Shown here in pieces: positions 13,156-25,500 of a stretch of 64,000 nucleotides of DNA. The DNA lies in NCBI RefSeq assembly GCF_036321535.1, contig NC_087436.1, positions 11,408,001-11,472,000 on the forward strand, in the 5' to 3' direction. The notes beneath the pieces are model-generated. The model saw only the letters and a list, made by a program, of their open reading frames with translations. It had not been told where the DNA came from and did not search any database. Source of the stretch: Camelus dromedarius. Lineage: Eukaryota. The position numbers were made by a program, and so were the translations under genes. Numbering within the stretch: the first letter of the stretch is position 1; every line of letters starts with the position of its first letter.

Positions 13156-13295
13156 ATTTTTATGATACATTTTATTGGCGAGGGGAGGTTATTAGGTTTA
13201 TTTATTTATTTATTTTTAGAGGCAGTACTGCGGATTGAACCCAGGACCTTGTGCATCCTGAGCACAGACTGTACCAGTTGAGCTGTGTCCTCCCC
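13156..13295 (-). mobile_element. tRNA-derived SINE (Vic-1-like)
   Basis: A/B-box head, AT tail, TSD ccaggtctca(t/c)ttt. Confidence 0.8.
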
Positions 13296-14334
13296 ACCCA
13301 GGTCTCACTTTAGATAAGGAGTACTCTCTTTCATCACTAGAGTGTAGGCAGTGACTGTCAGAGTATTTGAAGCACTTTCAAACACACTTAGAACGTGTTA
13401 CTGTACCTGCACGGCCATTCGTGGACCTACAGGTATCTGGGTGCAAGAACAGAATACCCCAGGGACCAGGAAGAGTTTTGTGAAGCTTATTCAATGGTTG
13501 AGTTCCCTAGTCCCCGTCTGAAGCACTAGAAAAAAAGGGAGACTATCTAAGATGCCCCAGTAAAACTGCACTAAGAAAAGTGCCTCCAGTGAGGAACACA
13601 GGTGTCTTCAGAAGAAGTCCAGTTTCCGGTTTCTGTGTGGTGTGCGTGATCGATGTTGCAAAGGAGACTCAAACAAAGATCAGTGGGTTCCTATCCCAAA
13701 CCCAGGAGCATGGAATCTTAGATATTTCTGTTGACATTTTTCCACAAGGGCTGGTGGGACAGGGATGCTGGGAGGCCCCAAGGAAAGCTACTGTACTAGG
13801 ACAGATGAGAAATGCTGTGGACCTGACCTGGGCTGAAGTGAGTGGATTCCACAGTGGACATATACAAATGGGTGACTGACTGGCTGTAAAGAGGGAGCCA
13901 GTGGAAGGAGGCTCCTGGCTCATGGCTTGGATGTTTGGGTGATCTGAGCTGCCCGTTCAGAGATACGAAAGGCCACAGAAGAGTAGTCTGGGAAGAAACT
14001 GAAGATAAATATTGGTCACACTGGGCTATCACATTGGATTTCACCGAGAGAGCCAGGCAAAGGAGCTCAGTACACAGAGATCCTGACATTTACTGGTCAG
14101 GTCATGGCAAGAGGTAGTGGGTGGGAATCTCAGTGCAGAATTAAGTAAGCCACCAGAGTAGATCAAATCCCAAAAGGGCTTTTTGACACAAGAGAGCAAG
14201 GCACATGGCCCTTTGAAATACGCTGAGATCACCTAATTGACAAAGGGTCTTGAAATGGTGATCCCTCAACCAGAAAAATGAACCAGTGTGTTATACATGA
14301 ATCTATCCTCAGTGCTTTCAAGGACGTTACACAA

Positions 14335-14342
14335 GCACACAT

Positions 14343-14374
<32 letters not shown>
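14335..14374. repeat. (CA)n microsatellite
   Basis: Direct reading. Confidence 0.95.
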
Positions 14375-14376
<2 letters not shown>

Positions 14377-15389
14377 TTCTGGTTCAATCTTAAGGGAATG
14401 ATAATCAAGATGTTACATAATTTTGTGAAAAAACAGCAACAACAAAAAAACCCCTAAGCATTGTAAGCAGGTCATTGGTTTGAATCAACCACTTACAAGG
14501 TGATTGAGTTCATGGCTGGCTGTAATATTAACGCCATGACAATTAAGTAATTTAATACAAGCAAAGTACATAAAACAGTGCCTGGAACTTGGAAAGAACA
14601 AAGTACAGATCAACTAATTCTATTTCAAGCAATGATCTTTCTCTCATCTGTAACATGGGAGGGAAACTAGACGCAGTGGAGAAGGCAAAGACGCAGAAGC
14701 CTGGTTATTTTACCCACTGCACTGCACTCCGAAAACAGCTATTCCCACAGTAAGCATACCTTCTGAACCCAGAGACTTAAAGAATCTTTTCCTTTGTCTC
14801 CTCTCTTCTCAACAAGAAGCCATTTGTCATTTGCTTGCATCCCTTTCTAAGCGTCTCCAGATGTGAGTGATTCCCTGCCTTCCTTCCCTAGCTCTCTTCT
14901 CAGTTGGCATCTTTGGTTCTTCGGTCCAAGGCTCCCAGGCAGAATAGGGTCCACCGCACAGTTACAGCCCCCATCACACAGCCTTGGGGGAGCAGCGTGG
15001 GCGGGGCAGCAGGTCCAGTCTTCCTTGCATGCCTGAGAGCAAACCTCTCAGTTGGGAGACTGAGAATTCTGACATGTTCTGCCTGTTGCTCCTGGTAACT
15101 TGATTCACAAGAGGTTGAAGACTGTCAGATGTGCATTTCTAACCCTGCCTGCTTCCTGATCTCCTAACAAGGCATCTCATTTAGTTACTCATGTATCAGA
15201 CTTTTTATGAGCTCTAATTGCAGGTGGGGCATTGAATGAGAACCCTGGATGCACAGATTCCATCTGGAATCCCCACCACTAGAGAACTAACAGTCCAGAA
15301 AATGGAGAGAGACACGAACTACATGGTTTAAGGATTTCCTCCATCTGGATGGCTGTCCATTCAAGGAAGAAGATGAATGTTTTTCTTTT

Positions 15390-15539
15390 ACCTTTTTTTT
15401 AAAAATTGTTTTTGTTGTATAAGGGGGGAGGTAATTGGATTTATTTACTTGTTTATATTTACAGGAGGTAGTGGGGATTGATCCCAGGACCCCGTGCATG
15501 TTAAGCATGCGCTCTACCACTTGAGCTAAACCCTCCCCC
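15390..15539 (-). mobile_element. tRNA-derived SINE (Vic-1-like)
   Basis: Reverse complement ggggaggg..agctcaagtggtagagcgcatgcttaacatgcacgggg. Confidence 0.85.
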
Positions 15540-15664
15540 TAAATTTTTTTTTTTTAATCAGCAACTGCATGAAATGGTTTCTAGCAATTTCCTGGTGAAT
15601 GCCAAATAGACTTAGGTGTTTTGAAATTTTTTAAGTTATATTAAATTTTAGTAAAAATTTAGCA

Positions 15665-17216
15665 TAGCCCAAAAAATCCTATGGACCCACAGAAGAACCA
15701 GAATTGCCAAAACAATCTTGAGGAAAAAGAATGAAGCTGGAGGGACAACCCATCTAGACTTCAGATGATACTACAGAGCTACAGTAATCACCACAGGGGA
15801 GTATTGGCACAAAAGCAGACATACTGATCAATGGAACAAAATAGAGAGCCCAAAAAGAAACTTGCACACCTACAGGTTTTTAATCCTGGACAAAGGAGGT
15901 AAGAGGAAAAGCTTAAGGCTGCATACCATTCAATTAAGTTAGAACACTCTAACACCATTCAGGAACATGAACTCAAAATGGCTTAAAGGCTTAAATATAA
16001 GACATGACACCATAAAACTAGCAGAGAACACAGGCGAAACATTCTCTCACATAAATCATAGCAATATTTTCTTAGGGCAGTCTCCCAAGGCAGAAGAAAT
16101 AAAAGCAAAAATAAACAAATTGGACCTAATCAAACTTACATGCTTTTACACAATGAAGGAAACAATAAACAAAACCAAAGGACAACCTATAGATTGAGTG
16201 AAAATATTTACAAATGATGCAACTGACAAGGGCTTAATTTCCAAAAAATAGAAACAGATGGTAAAACTCAATTTAAAAAAGTAATTTAAAAATGGGCAGA
16301 AGATGTAAATAGGCACATCTCCAAAGGAGACATCCAAATGGCCATCAGGCACATGAAAGATGATCAACATTGTTAATTACTGGAGAAATGGAAATGAGGT
16401 ATCTCCTCACACCTGTCAGACAGCCATAATCAAAATGTCAACAAATAATAAATGCTGGAGAGGATGTGGAGAAAAGGGCACTCTCCTACACTGTTGGTGG
16501 GAATGTAAATTGATGCAGTCACTATGGAAAACAGTATGGGGCTCCTTTAAAAAACTAAAAATAGAGTTACCATGTGTCCAGTAATCTCAGTCCTAGGCAT
16601 ATATCCAGAAAAGACGAAAACTCTAACTAGAAAAGGTACATGCACCCGATGTTCACAGCAGTACTATTTCTAATGGCCAAGATGTGGAAGCAACATAAAT
16701 GTCCATCAAGTGATGACTAGATGAGGAAGATACAGCATATATCTATATCTGCAACAGAGTATTACTCAGCCAAAAATAAGAAAGAAAAAATGCAATTTGT
16801 AGGAACATGGAAGAACCTAGAGATTATTATACTAAGTGAAGTCAGACAGAGAAAGACAAATACTATGTTATCACTTATATGTAGAATATAAAAAATAGTA
16901 AAAATGAACTTATTAGCAAACCAGAAACAGATTCATGGACACAGAAAACAATTTTATAGTTACCAAAGTGGAAGGAAGGGGAGAGAGAGATTTGGAGTAT
17001 AAGATTAACTGCTATGTACTATCATTTATAAAGTAGATAAACAACAAGGCTTTACTGTGTAGTACCAGAAACTACATTCAATATCTTGTAAGAGACTATA
17101 ACGGAAATAATTAAAGAAGGAATATATATATATATATGTATATCACTGAATCACTTTGATGTACAACTAAAACTAACACAAAATTGTAAATCAACTATAC
17201 TTCAATTTACAAAAAG
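15665..17216 (+). mobile_element. 5'-truncated L1 (ORF2 C-terminus and 3' UTR), decayed
   Basis: ORF2 peptides NSKWLKGLNIR and [22 protein letters not shown]-rich 3' end. Confidence 0.9.
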
Positions 17217-17977
17217 ACAAATTAGATATTTTATGGTAGAAATTTGGCAAGAACCAGTACCATGAAACATTTATTTTTTTTTAAATATTAAAATGTCAAG
17301 GAATTTATAATAGATTCCCAAACCTTTCCTGGGAGAAAAGAGGAACCACAAACACAGTATTATAATTTTAGAAAACAAAGTCTAAAACTAGCTGTATCAC
17401 GGTAGTTGAAAAACACACAAAAATATACCCTGCCTCCTGGGACCCAAATACCTAAAAACCTAGGTACACTATTCTAAGGAGTGTTCTGGTCAACCCACTG
17501 AGGCAAAACCCAAGTTCTCAAAATGTACCTCTGTATCAAGACTGCTAATGCCACAAACATACTGAAAGGGAAAGAGATGGTTATTATCTCTCACAAAGAC
17601 TTTGTGTGGAGTCAGGACGGCCACCAAACCAAGGATGTCTTGAGAAGGGAGAAATGTCATGAGCTTGGGGAGTTAGTGCAGAGGGAGTTCCTCTGCAGAA
17701 GAGCCTTCCTGGGTGAGAACCGCCTTGCTCAGCCCAGGCTGTCTTGACAGCTTGCCCAGATGTGGGGCAGAGGGGAGGCCCGAGGTTGAGGGTGAAAAGA
17801 CATCAGCAGTCAGACATCAAAGATGGACTCAGGCTCTTTATTGCAAGGACTTGCCAAGAACACGGGAAGAACGTGGATCATATGGAAAGTCTCCCAAGGT
17901 GGCTCAGCGCTCATCTTCAACTATACTTATTGTAAGTGATTTAGAAAAAGGTCTATTGAGAAATAGGGCATAAGTTT

Positions 17978-19288
17978 TTATGTAAAAATTTCACTGAATG
18001 TATATAAATGTGATCTATCATTCAAATTGTAAAATGAAACTTCTCCCAAATCATAGTCCAGAAAAACGCCAATCCAACAGGCATTTCCTGAAACCCGTGT
18101 GTCATGTGTGGTTGCCCAGAGCTGAATTTGCCAGCAGCCATTGCTTGGGGAAGGTGACACAAGAGAATTTCTAGGGAAAGATTCTTTACACACCCCTAAG
18201 GACCATTCCCCACTGCCTCTGCCTTCTACCTGCCAAAAATGCCTGCCAGCATCAAACCCCTCCGAACTCAGGACAGCGGGGTAAGAAGCAAATGCCTGGG
18301 GAGGATGAACACAGTTTGGTTCCATCCTTTGAAAGGTTGCAGTTTTCTGATCTTGTGAAATTCGGAGGCTCTGGTGAGCAGTTTCAGGCTCCAGTGTCAA
18401 ATGCACATGAAAGTTGCTAATCATTTTGTGCAAGCCAAAATACTGTGGGGGGAGAGTGAAAACCTCCTTTTTGACTTCATATGAAATGACTGCTGGGCTC
18501 TCTAGGTTTTCATGGCTTCTGTGGATACTCTCAATGCCTGTGAGTAAATCCAGGTCAGTCTGGGAACACTTGTTGGTTATTTCATAAAGCAGACTTTTCA
18601 ACGTGGATCCGTGGTCTGATATTTGGATTTTTTTGTCAATTATTTCATACTGAACACCTTTCTCTTCAGCCTGTAACACGAAGTCAATTACATTGTGCTC
18701 TGTTTTCAAGAAATTCTTAAAATGTTCAACTTCAGAGTGCAGTTTGCTCCTTTGATTCTCCATGTTGGACACCAACTCAAATGACTTGGAGACTTGCATT
18801 TCTAAGCCCTTTTCAGCAGCTTCCAGCTGCTTTGTCAGGGGCTCCAGGTAGCCCTTGAGCCTCCTCCTGTGACGCACTGCAGCTTGCTCCACGGGCACCA
18901 GGGGGTGGTGGCGGTGCTCAGAGGAGAGCCTGCACTGGGGACACAGCAGCTCCAGGTCCTCCTCACAGAACAGGCTCAGGGCCTGACTGTGCTTCTCACA
19001 CAGGGGGGCCTCCCCCTGCCGGCCCCTCTTGGCCCTCGTGCTGGGAAGCTGCCTCACAGCGTCAGCCAGGTGGCTTAACTGGCTGTTCCTCCTGCAGCTG
19101 CGCTCAGGGCAGGGCTGCAGGCAGAGCGGGCAGGGGAAGAGGTCCCGGAGCCCCTCCCAGCGCTGCTGGAGGCAGGCGTGACAGAAGTTGTGCCCACAGC
19201 CCGTGGTCACCGGGTCCGTCAGGCAGTCCAGGCAGATGGGGCAGCTGGCCTCCGCGTGCAGCTGCGCCAGGGAGGCCGCCAGGGCCAT
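17978..19288 (-). CDS. TRIM60/TRIM61-like tripartite motif protein (RING, B-box, coiled coil, PRY-SPRY), 436 aa, C-terminally truncated; possibly a young pseudogene
   Basis: ATG at 19288 (MALAASLAQLHAEASCPICLD). Intact RING and B-box ligands; LEPETAH, FWQVE and IGVFLDY motifs. The ORF stops at TAA (17980-17978) just before KLMPYF. The rest of the ancestral C-terminus reads out to 17904 after one frameshift. AATAAA on the minus strand at 17842-17837. Confidence 0.85.
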   Translation of the reverse strand: MALAASLAQLHAEASCPICLDCLTDPVTTGCGHNFCHACLQQRWEGLRDLFPCPLCLQPCPERSCRRNSQLSHLADAVRQLPSTRAKRGRQGEAPLCEKHSQALSLFCEEDLELLCPQCRLSSEHRHHPLVPVEQAAVRHRRRLKGYLEPLTKQLEAAEKGLEMQVSKSFELVSNMENQRSKLHSEVEHFKNFLKTEHNVIDFVLQAEEKGVQYEIIDKKIQISDHGSTLKSLLYEITNKCSQTDLDLLTGIESIHRSHENLESPAVISYEVKKEVFTLPPQYFGLHKMISNFHVHLTLEPETAHQSLRISQDQKTATFQRMEPNCVHPPQAFASYPAVLSSEGFDAGRHFWQVEGRGSGEWSLGVCKESFPRNSLVSPSPSNGCWQIQLWATTHDTRVSGNACWIGVFLDYDLGEVSFYNLNDRSHLYTFSEIFT

Positions 19289-19968
19289 CGTGCCGGGAGG
19301 GGTCCTGTCAGGGGAGACGCCCTCAGAGAAGCCCGGCTCTCCAGGGGCTGGGACAGGGACAAGCTTCCGACCCGCCACCTTCTCTCTGGCCTTCACGCCC
19401 GCCCGTGGGTCTCCCAGGACCCAGGGAGCTGTGTGCAGTGGGGCCGAGTCCTGCCCCTTCCTTCACCTCCACAGCCGCAGCCGCAGGGCCCGGAGCCCCA
19501 GGAGCCTCCGCTGCCTTGGGCACCTTGGTCCCTTTCACTCGGTGGCCGGAAATCGAGGCCTGAGAGGTCGTCCTCTCCTTCAGGGACAGCCCAGCTCCAG
19601 GTGGCCGTGAGGATCCCCAGCGTGGGCCAGTCAGCACATCCAGACGTGACGTGGGCCAGTCTCCGCACAGCTCAGCAGCTCCTTCCAGAAAATGCTAACA
19701 CGGGGGAAAGAACACGCATTAAGGAGATAAACACCATGTACATAATCGACAGTGTTTTACCAGTTTTTTTTTTTCCTGGATTCAAATGCGTACGTTTCCA
19801 AACAAAAAGCAACTGTAGTCAGTTAGGACAGCAGATGCCTGGTAATGGTTAATTAATGTGATTTAGTTAATGCAGAGACTTAATACTAGAGAGATACAGA
19901 GTATAGTATTTACAAAAAAAAGGAAAAACCCTGTGATACGAAGAACTCACTTCACAGCGACGAGGAGC

Positions 19969-21277
19969 CCAGTTGTCCCCACTCAGGCCCCCGGGGGATT
20001 CCGTCCCCACGCGGAGTCTGCACTTGCCTGCCCAGCTCCCGGGTCCTGGCTCTGTGCTGGGGGAGCTGCGCTGTGTCCTCAAGGCCCAAGTGCGGTCTCC
20101 ATTCCCCACACTGGGACTCTGGGCTCCTCTTCCTCTCAGAGCAGATGACCTTCCTCGATGCAGGTCTGAGCACTCGACACAGCCCGGGTTCTCAGTTCAC
20201 TGCTGGGGCCAGAACGTGGCCCCTTGGGCTTTATAAGCCTGGAGGGAGGGTCCTCTCCTTCACTCCTATTGGACAGAGCTCGGATGCAATCAGCCTTGGG
20301 AACCTCCCATCCTCCTCTGATTGCGTCTTCTGTCCAGGGTAGGGTAAGACAAGACCACCTTAATCCCCTCTAGCTAATTCCATCAGAGATCTAGTTTATG
20401 ACGCCATCCAATACTTTAGAAAGTCCTGGCTTTGCTTCTCTCCAGTGAAATTGTTCAGCAGTCTTGGCCTGTCCCTTCAGAGCTTGTTGGAATTCCATCT
20501 GCCCCTGGAAAGAGGTGTTTCTGGAGTCTGGCGTCACCTCTGCTTTGTGCATTTCCAAGGGCTTTCTGCAGTTGTCCATGTGGCAGACCCTCAGGCAGCT
20601 GACAAGCTCTCAGGAGCAGCCCCTCCCCTTCAGATGGTGGGGGCTCTTGGGGGTGCTGGAGCGGGTTGGGGAGGGACTGTGCCAGGGAGTTGCCAGCACA
20701 GGCAGCAGAGCAGGAGGCCCTGGATGCAGTGAATCAGAAGTTTGCCTTCAGGAGGCCTTGACTGTAGTTTAAAGAAGTCCCCCTGGTGACGCTGATGTTC
20801 TGTGGGTTCCTCAGTAATCCTGAGTGTCCGCCTCCGGATCTGACCCTTCTCAAATCTCAGTGTTCCTAGAAGACTAAGTTACTCTAGCAGGGTCGCCTCC
20901 ATGCCGTCCGCTTCTTGACAGCCCAGTCCCTCCTGTGTCACCGTCACACCTGTCGAGCGCTCCTGTCCATGAACTCTGACCCGCAGCGTGGGACCCGAGG
21001 ATCCCAGCACCTTCCCCACAGGCGGGCAGCTGTGGTGCCTGCGGAGGGCGATGGGCCCAGAGGGAAGGTTCCCCTGGTGTCCGAGAGGACAGCCATCCAC
21101 TCCGAGGACAGCAGGAAGGTTTTCTCACTCAGGAGCACACAGGCCTGCACTCCAGAGCCATCCTGCTTAAAAGTGTTTCAGGGAACAATGAGATGGTGCC
21201 GATGCCAGAAAAGTCTCCCCAGGTGGAAGCTTCACATGGTGGCCTCCTCCCTCTGTTTCCCTTTCTAGACGAATCCT
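19969..21277. repeat. Segmental duplication block, copy B
   Basis: Matches 10868-12193 at >90% by eye. Confidence 0.9.
20028..20370 (-). promoter_or_regulatory. Putative promoter and non-coding exon 1 of TRIM60-like copy B
   Basis: Minus strand: CCAAT (20272-20268), TATA (20237-20230), donor CAG|GCAAGT at 20028/20027; acceptor at 19695. Confidence 0.6.
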
Positions 21278-22520
21278 GATTAATGGCTTTTTGATGAACC
21301 TTCCCAAGTAGTCTGTACACACAAAACTCAGCGCTTGCGTGGTGTCCACTTTGTACAGAACACTCCCCTGTGTGTATCTGCAAGCGAGGGCAATTTGTGG
21401 CATCTTCAACTTCCTATTTTGCACTTATTTTTCTCCTTCATTGCACTGCGTTGGTAAAACGTGTTGCCAACACTAAGAACATAGTGTAAGTGGAACCCAT
21501 CTTTCCTGAGGCTCCCCCATAGGCTACCCTCTCCTCTAAACTAATGTTCCCCTGATGACTTGTCCCCTAGTTTATCGCTGAATACGGCTATCAGTTTAGC
21601 AATTAAAACCATGTTTGATTATTAACACAAGGTCCTTGTGGATTTTATTGGGGATTTCATGGATGCTGCAATCCAAACTGGAGAGAACTGAAACTTACGC
21701 TGAATCATCCAATGCGTGGGGTTTTGCTGTATTTTTACATTTGTAAGTGTCTTCTTTAATCTCTTCAGCTGAATGTTTATGATTTTGTTCATGAAACTTT
21801 TGCTTTTCATGTTTAGACTCATTAAAACCAATTTCACATTTTGATACAGTTGTAAAAGATTCACTTTTGACTCCTTTTTCTTTACCGAAGTGGAGCTGCT
21901 GCACAATATTATGTAAGTGAGGGCTGCACAATATAGTGATTCACAATTTTCAACGGTTGGACTCCTTTTGTAGTTACTATATAATGTTGGCTATGTTTCC
22001 CGAGTTGTACTGTTTATACTTGCAGCTTCTTTTATCCATCAGAGCTTGTACCTCTTTCCGCCTCCCCCTTCGCACCCCTCCCCCTTCCCTCTCCCCACTG
22101 TGACCACTAGTTTGTTCTCTGTATTTGTGAGGAAGAGATTCACTTTCAGCACTACATTTTCCTGTTTGTTGCTCACATGTTGATATACTTAAAAAATATA
22201 TATGTATTGATTTTTTACAAAATAACCTTGCCATAATCCCCTGAAGCCTTTACAATTTTTCTTTAGTTCCTTCGAGTTTCCTAAAAGACAGTCATATCTT
22301 TTGCAGATAATGAGAGCTTGGCTTCTTTCTCTCAGTGCCTGGGCCTCTTCCAGCATCAGCGTCCTGAGCTGGTAGCCGCTCTGGCGGGGACGTGACACCC
22401 AGGCTCTCAGGCCTCGGCGACCTCCCCCACCAATCACAGCATCCCCAGCGGGCCGCTCCCGGTTCCGTGCTCGCGTAGTTGACGTCTGTGGAGCTAGACT
22501 GCATCGCCTCTGAATTCTCC
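20380..22520 (-). pseudogene. Unidentified decayed retrocopy-like coding sequence, interrupted by an L1 fragment
   Basis: CpG-rich 5' end (22330-22520). The frame ...GKCSAESES|FTTVSKCEIGFNESKHEKQKFHEQ.. becomes continuous when the L1 at 21868-22134 is removed. Parent gene not recognised. Confidence 0.4.
21868..22134 (-). mobile_element. L1 3' end fragment
   Basis: L1 3' UTR flanked by TSD agattcacttt (21857-21867 and 22136-22146). Confidence 0.8.
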
Positions 22521-25500
22521 TGGCCACAGGACGTTGAGCCTGAATTCAGGAGCCTTTGTAGGGTCCTCTCAGTTTATGGTAAATGGAGGCAGTAGAGGAG
22601 GAATAAGTTAATGAACTTAAAAGAAACAGCACAAAAATGTGGGAAATACTGTTGAACAATGACCTGGTCTCCTCAACAGGTAAATGATGGGGTTAAAATG
22701 AAAAAAAAAAAAAAAAAAAAAAAAGACAGAGAGAGTTGAAACTGCAAAAAATTTGTACATGTCAAACATGAAACTTCTTAGCATCCTGATTTGAGGAAAC
22801 CAACTTTAAAAAGATATTCATGAGCCAACTGGGGAATTTTGAATCCATATTAGATAGTAAATGCTATTAAGGGGGTGTGACTTATTTTCTAGGTACTGTA
22901 GAGGCTTTATTTTAAAATGTCCATATTTTAGTTGGGTTGAGGGAGACAGGTGTGTAATGAGAGTAACCAAAAAGGGAAGAAAAGAAAATGAATTAATGAA
23001 ACTTTAATAAATGTTGAATGTGAGTTGATGGAAATTTTTTTTTTAATACACGCTTCTCTGCTTCTCTGTATCTCTGAGATTTTTCATGATAATTAGTTTT
23101 ACAGTGGACTGAGAGGTACAAACTAAACTCAGCTGCATAAGGAATGAGAATGAGGAATGGACTGTGGTACCTCAGAATTGTCTGTAATACTAAATTTTTT
23201 CTGAGTATTAAATATTGAATCAAATGTGACAAATTGTATCAGGTATCAGTGATACATGATTAGTTCCTCATGAGCTTGGTGAGGAAGCATGTATGAAGGA
23301 AAAGTTAGTAATGCTGATCCTGTCTTTATATAAGATTTTGACATTTTGTTCATCATGGATCTTTTACATTGATTTTGATTTTTAAAAATATTCCGAAGTA
23401 TCGGTCTTGATTCCTGAGTGTTTCGGCACCCTTCCAATTGTGCTCCTGGGCTGAGTCCCTGGCTTGCCTCCCCCTGGACCAGCCCTGCCACTCAGAACGT
23501 GGAGCAGGGCTGGGGCCCTGGCTGGACGGCAGTGATTGTGGACGCAGCAGAATCTTGTCTTCCTTCACCACCCGCCCACCTGCCCCAGGCCCTCCCCCTG
23601 CACGGAGGGAACCCTGGCTCTGCCCTCCCTTCCCACAAGTTCTATCTCTCCTCTGTCCCTGTCAGCACTCTTAAGCCAAACGACCAGGAATCGCCTGCAT
23701 TTGAGCACCTGGTTCACTGCTGTGGGCAACGGAGAACAGACCCCATGGGGAATTCTAGAGCACCACAGGAGGGGGGTGTTAGAAAGCGTTATGTTAGGAT
23801 TTGGGTCTGTTATGTGACTTGGGGAAGGGTTAGGGACGCTGCCGTGACAGGATGCTGCCAGGAGGAGATGTCATTCTATGATTGGGTGTCTTGCTAAACC
23901 TCCTGCAGAAGGAAGGAAGGCTAGAGGCTGACGCTGTGATGGGCAAAGTCACAGCCGTCACTCCTGTGGGCCAGGACAGGGGGGTCTGTCCTGGGTGTTG
24001 GGTCATTTCTGTGGTTTGAGGAATATTCATGTTTTGTCTGCGCCTGGACTTGGGTCTAGAGTGCTCTTGTTTCATCTTGTCCACCAGAGTCACAGTGTGG
24101 CCGTAAGGGACGACGGTGCTGCTCTGTGACATTGTGGACGTCCCCAGGAGACCCGCAGGATGGAGCGGAGGGTGCCAGGCAGCTCCCGCTCCGGGGGGGC
24201 AGGGCGGGCGTTTCTCGTCCAGGTCCCACTCCTAAGGGTCTCTGGGCAGGGATGAGAAGTGCTTGTCTCCGTGCAGTGCAGCCTGTGGGGCAGAGCACAG
24301 GTGGAGGGACCTGCTGGAAGGTGACAGGGAGCCCAGGGCAGACCCTGGGGACCACAGGCACAGCGCCATCAGGAAGATAAGCCAACGAGAAACAGCTACT
24401 GAGAGAGTCGCTGAGACTGGGTGACAAGGTCCAGGTCCTGCATCCTCAGGTCATGACATGTCAGTGGAGGAGGCAGAGTCCCCACGAGGAACCATCTGGG
24501 TGGAAAGGTAGGACCGGAAGTGTGAGGAGAGTGGGAACTGGATCGTGGGCGTGGGGTCGATGCCTGGAACTCAGAGTGGTCATTCCCGATGCCACCAAAG
24601 TCGAACAACTCAGTGTTCCCATCAGTTCTCTCAGGGTGGGGAGGTCCAACTCAGGTCTGCCCCTCACTTGCTGGAAAATCTACATTGTGTCCCTCGAAAT
24701 GTGCAAGGCACTGAACTGCTAGTAGGGACTCAGACTAAAGTAAGTGAGGGATCCTATCCAGAAGTTTCTATCCAGATCTGAGCTTCTCAGCAGAGCCTCA
24801 GAAGTGCACCTGCTCAGGGGCGATGACAGTCCCCTCCTGACAGGGGCCCCTCATCCGCCCTGTCTGTGCTCTGACTGCTGTGAGCCCTGTCACTGCCCTG
24901 GGAAGAGGGTCTCCACTCACTCCCTGTGCAGGGGAGGGACTCAAGGCTCGGTGCTGAGCTCACCACGCTCCCCAATTCACAGGTGACCACTGGCAGAACC
25001 CGGGCTCCAGCCCAGACTCTCCTTCCAGAGTCTGCTCCCGCACTGACCACATGCCCGGACCCTGGGGATGGGGTAGCGGGCACAGTGTGCTGGGCAGCCT
25101 GGAGGTTGATCTGGAAGGAAGGCTACGTGAGGCCCCACTGTGACCCACATCAGCGGTCACACAGTCAGTCAGTGGGCGTCCAGGAGTCTGAATGCGGTTT
25201 CCTCTTACTGCACACGAAAATCAGTCCCTTTCATAGGGTTTCCCATTGTTGGGGATCACCAGAATGCTTGGTGCAAATGCAGGTTCCCTGGCCCATCTGT
25301 AGAGACACAACAGAAGTAGTTTCTTTTCTTAAGTAAACCTTTACGGATGGAGACCACACAGACAGACACACACACATCCATGGTTTTGCATCACCTGATG
25401 CAGGATTACAAAGCAAACACAGCCCTGAAACCTCCACCAAGTCCACCCACAAAACAGTACACGCTGCCTCCCCCACCCCCACCCCCACTCTCCATCACTG

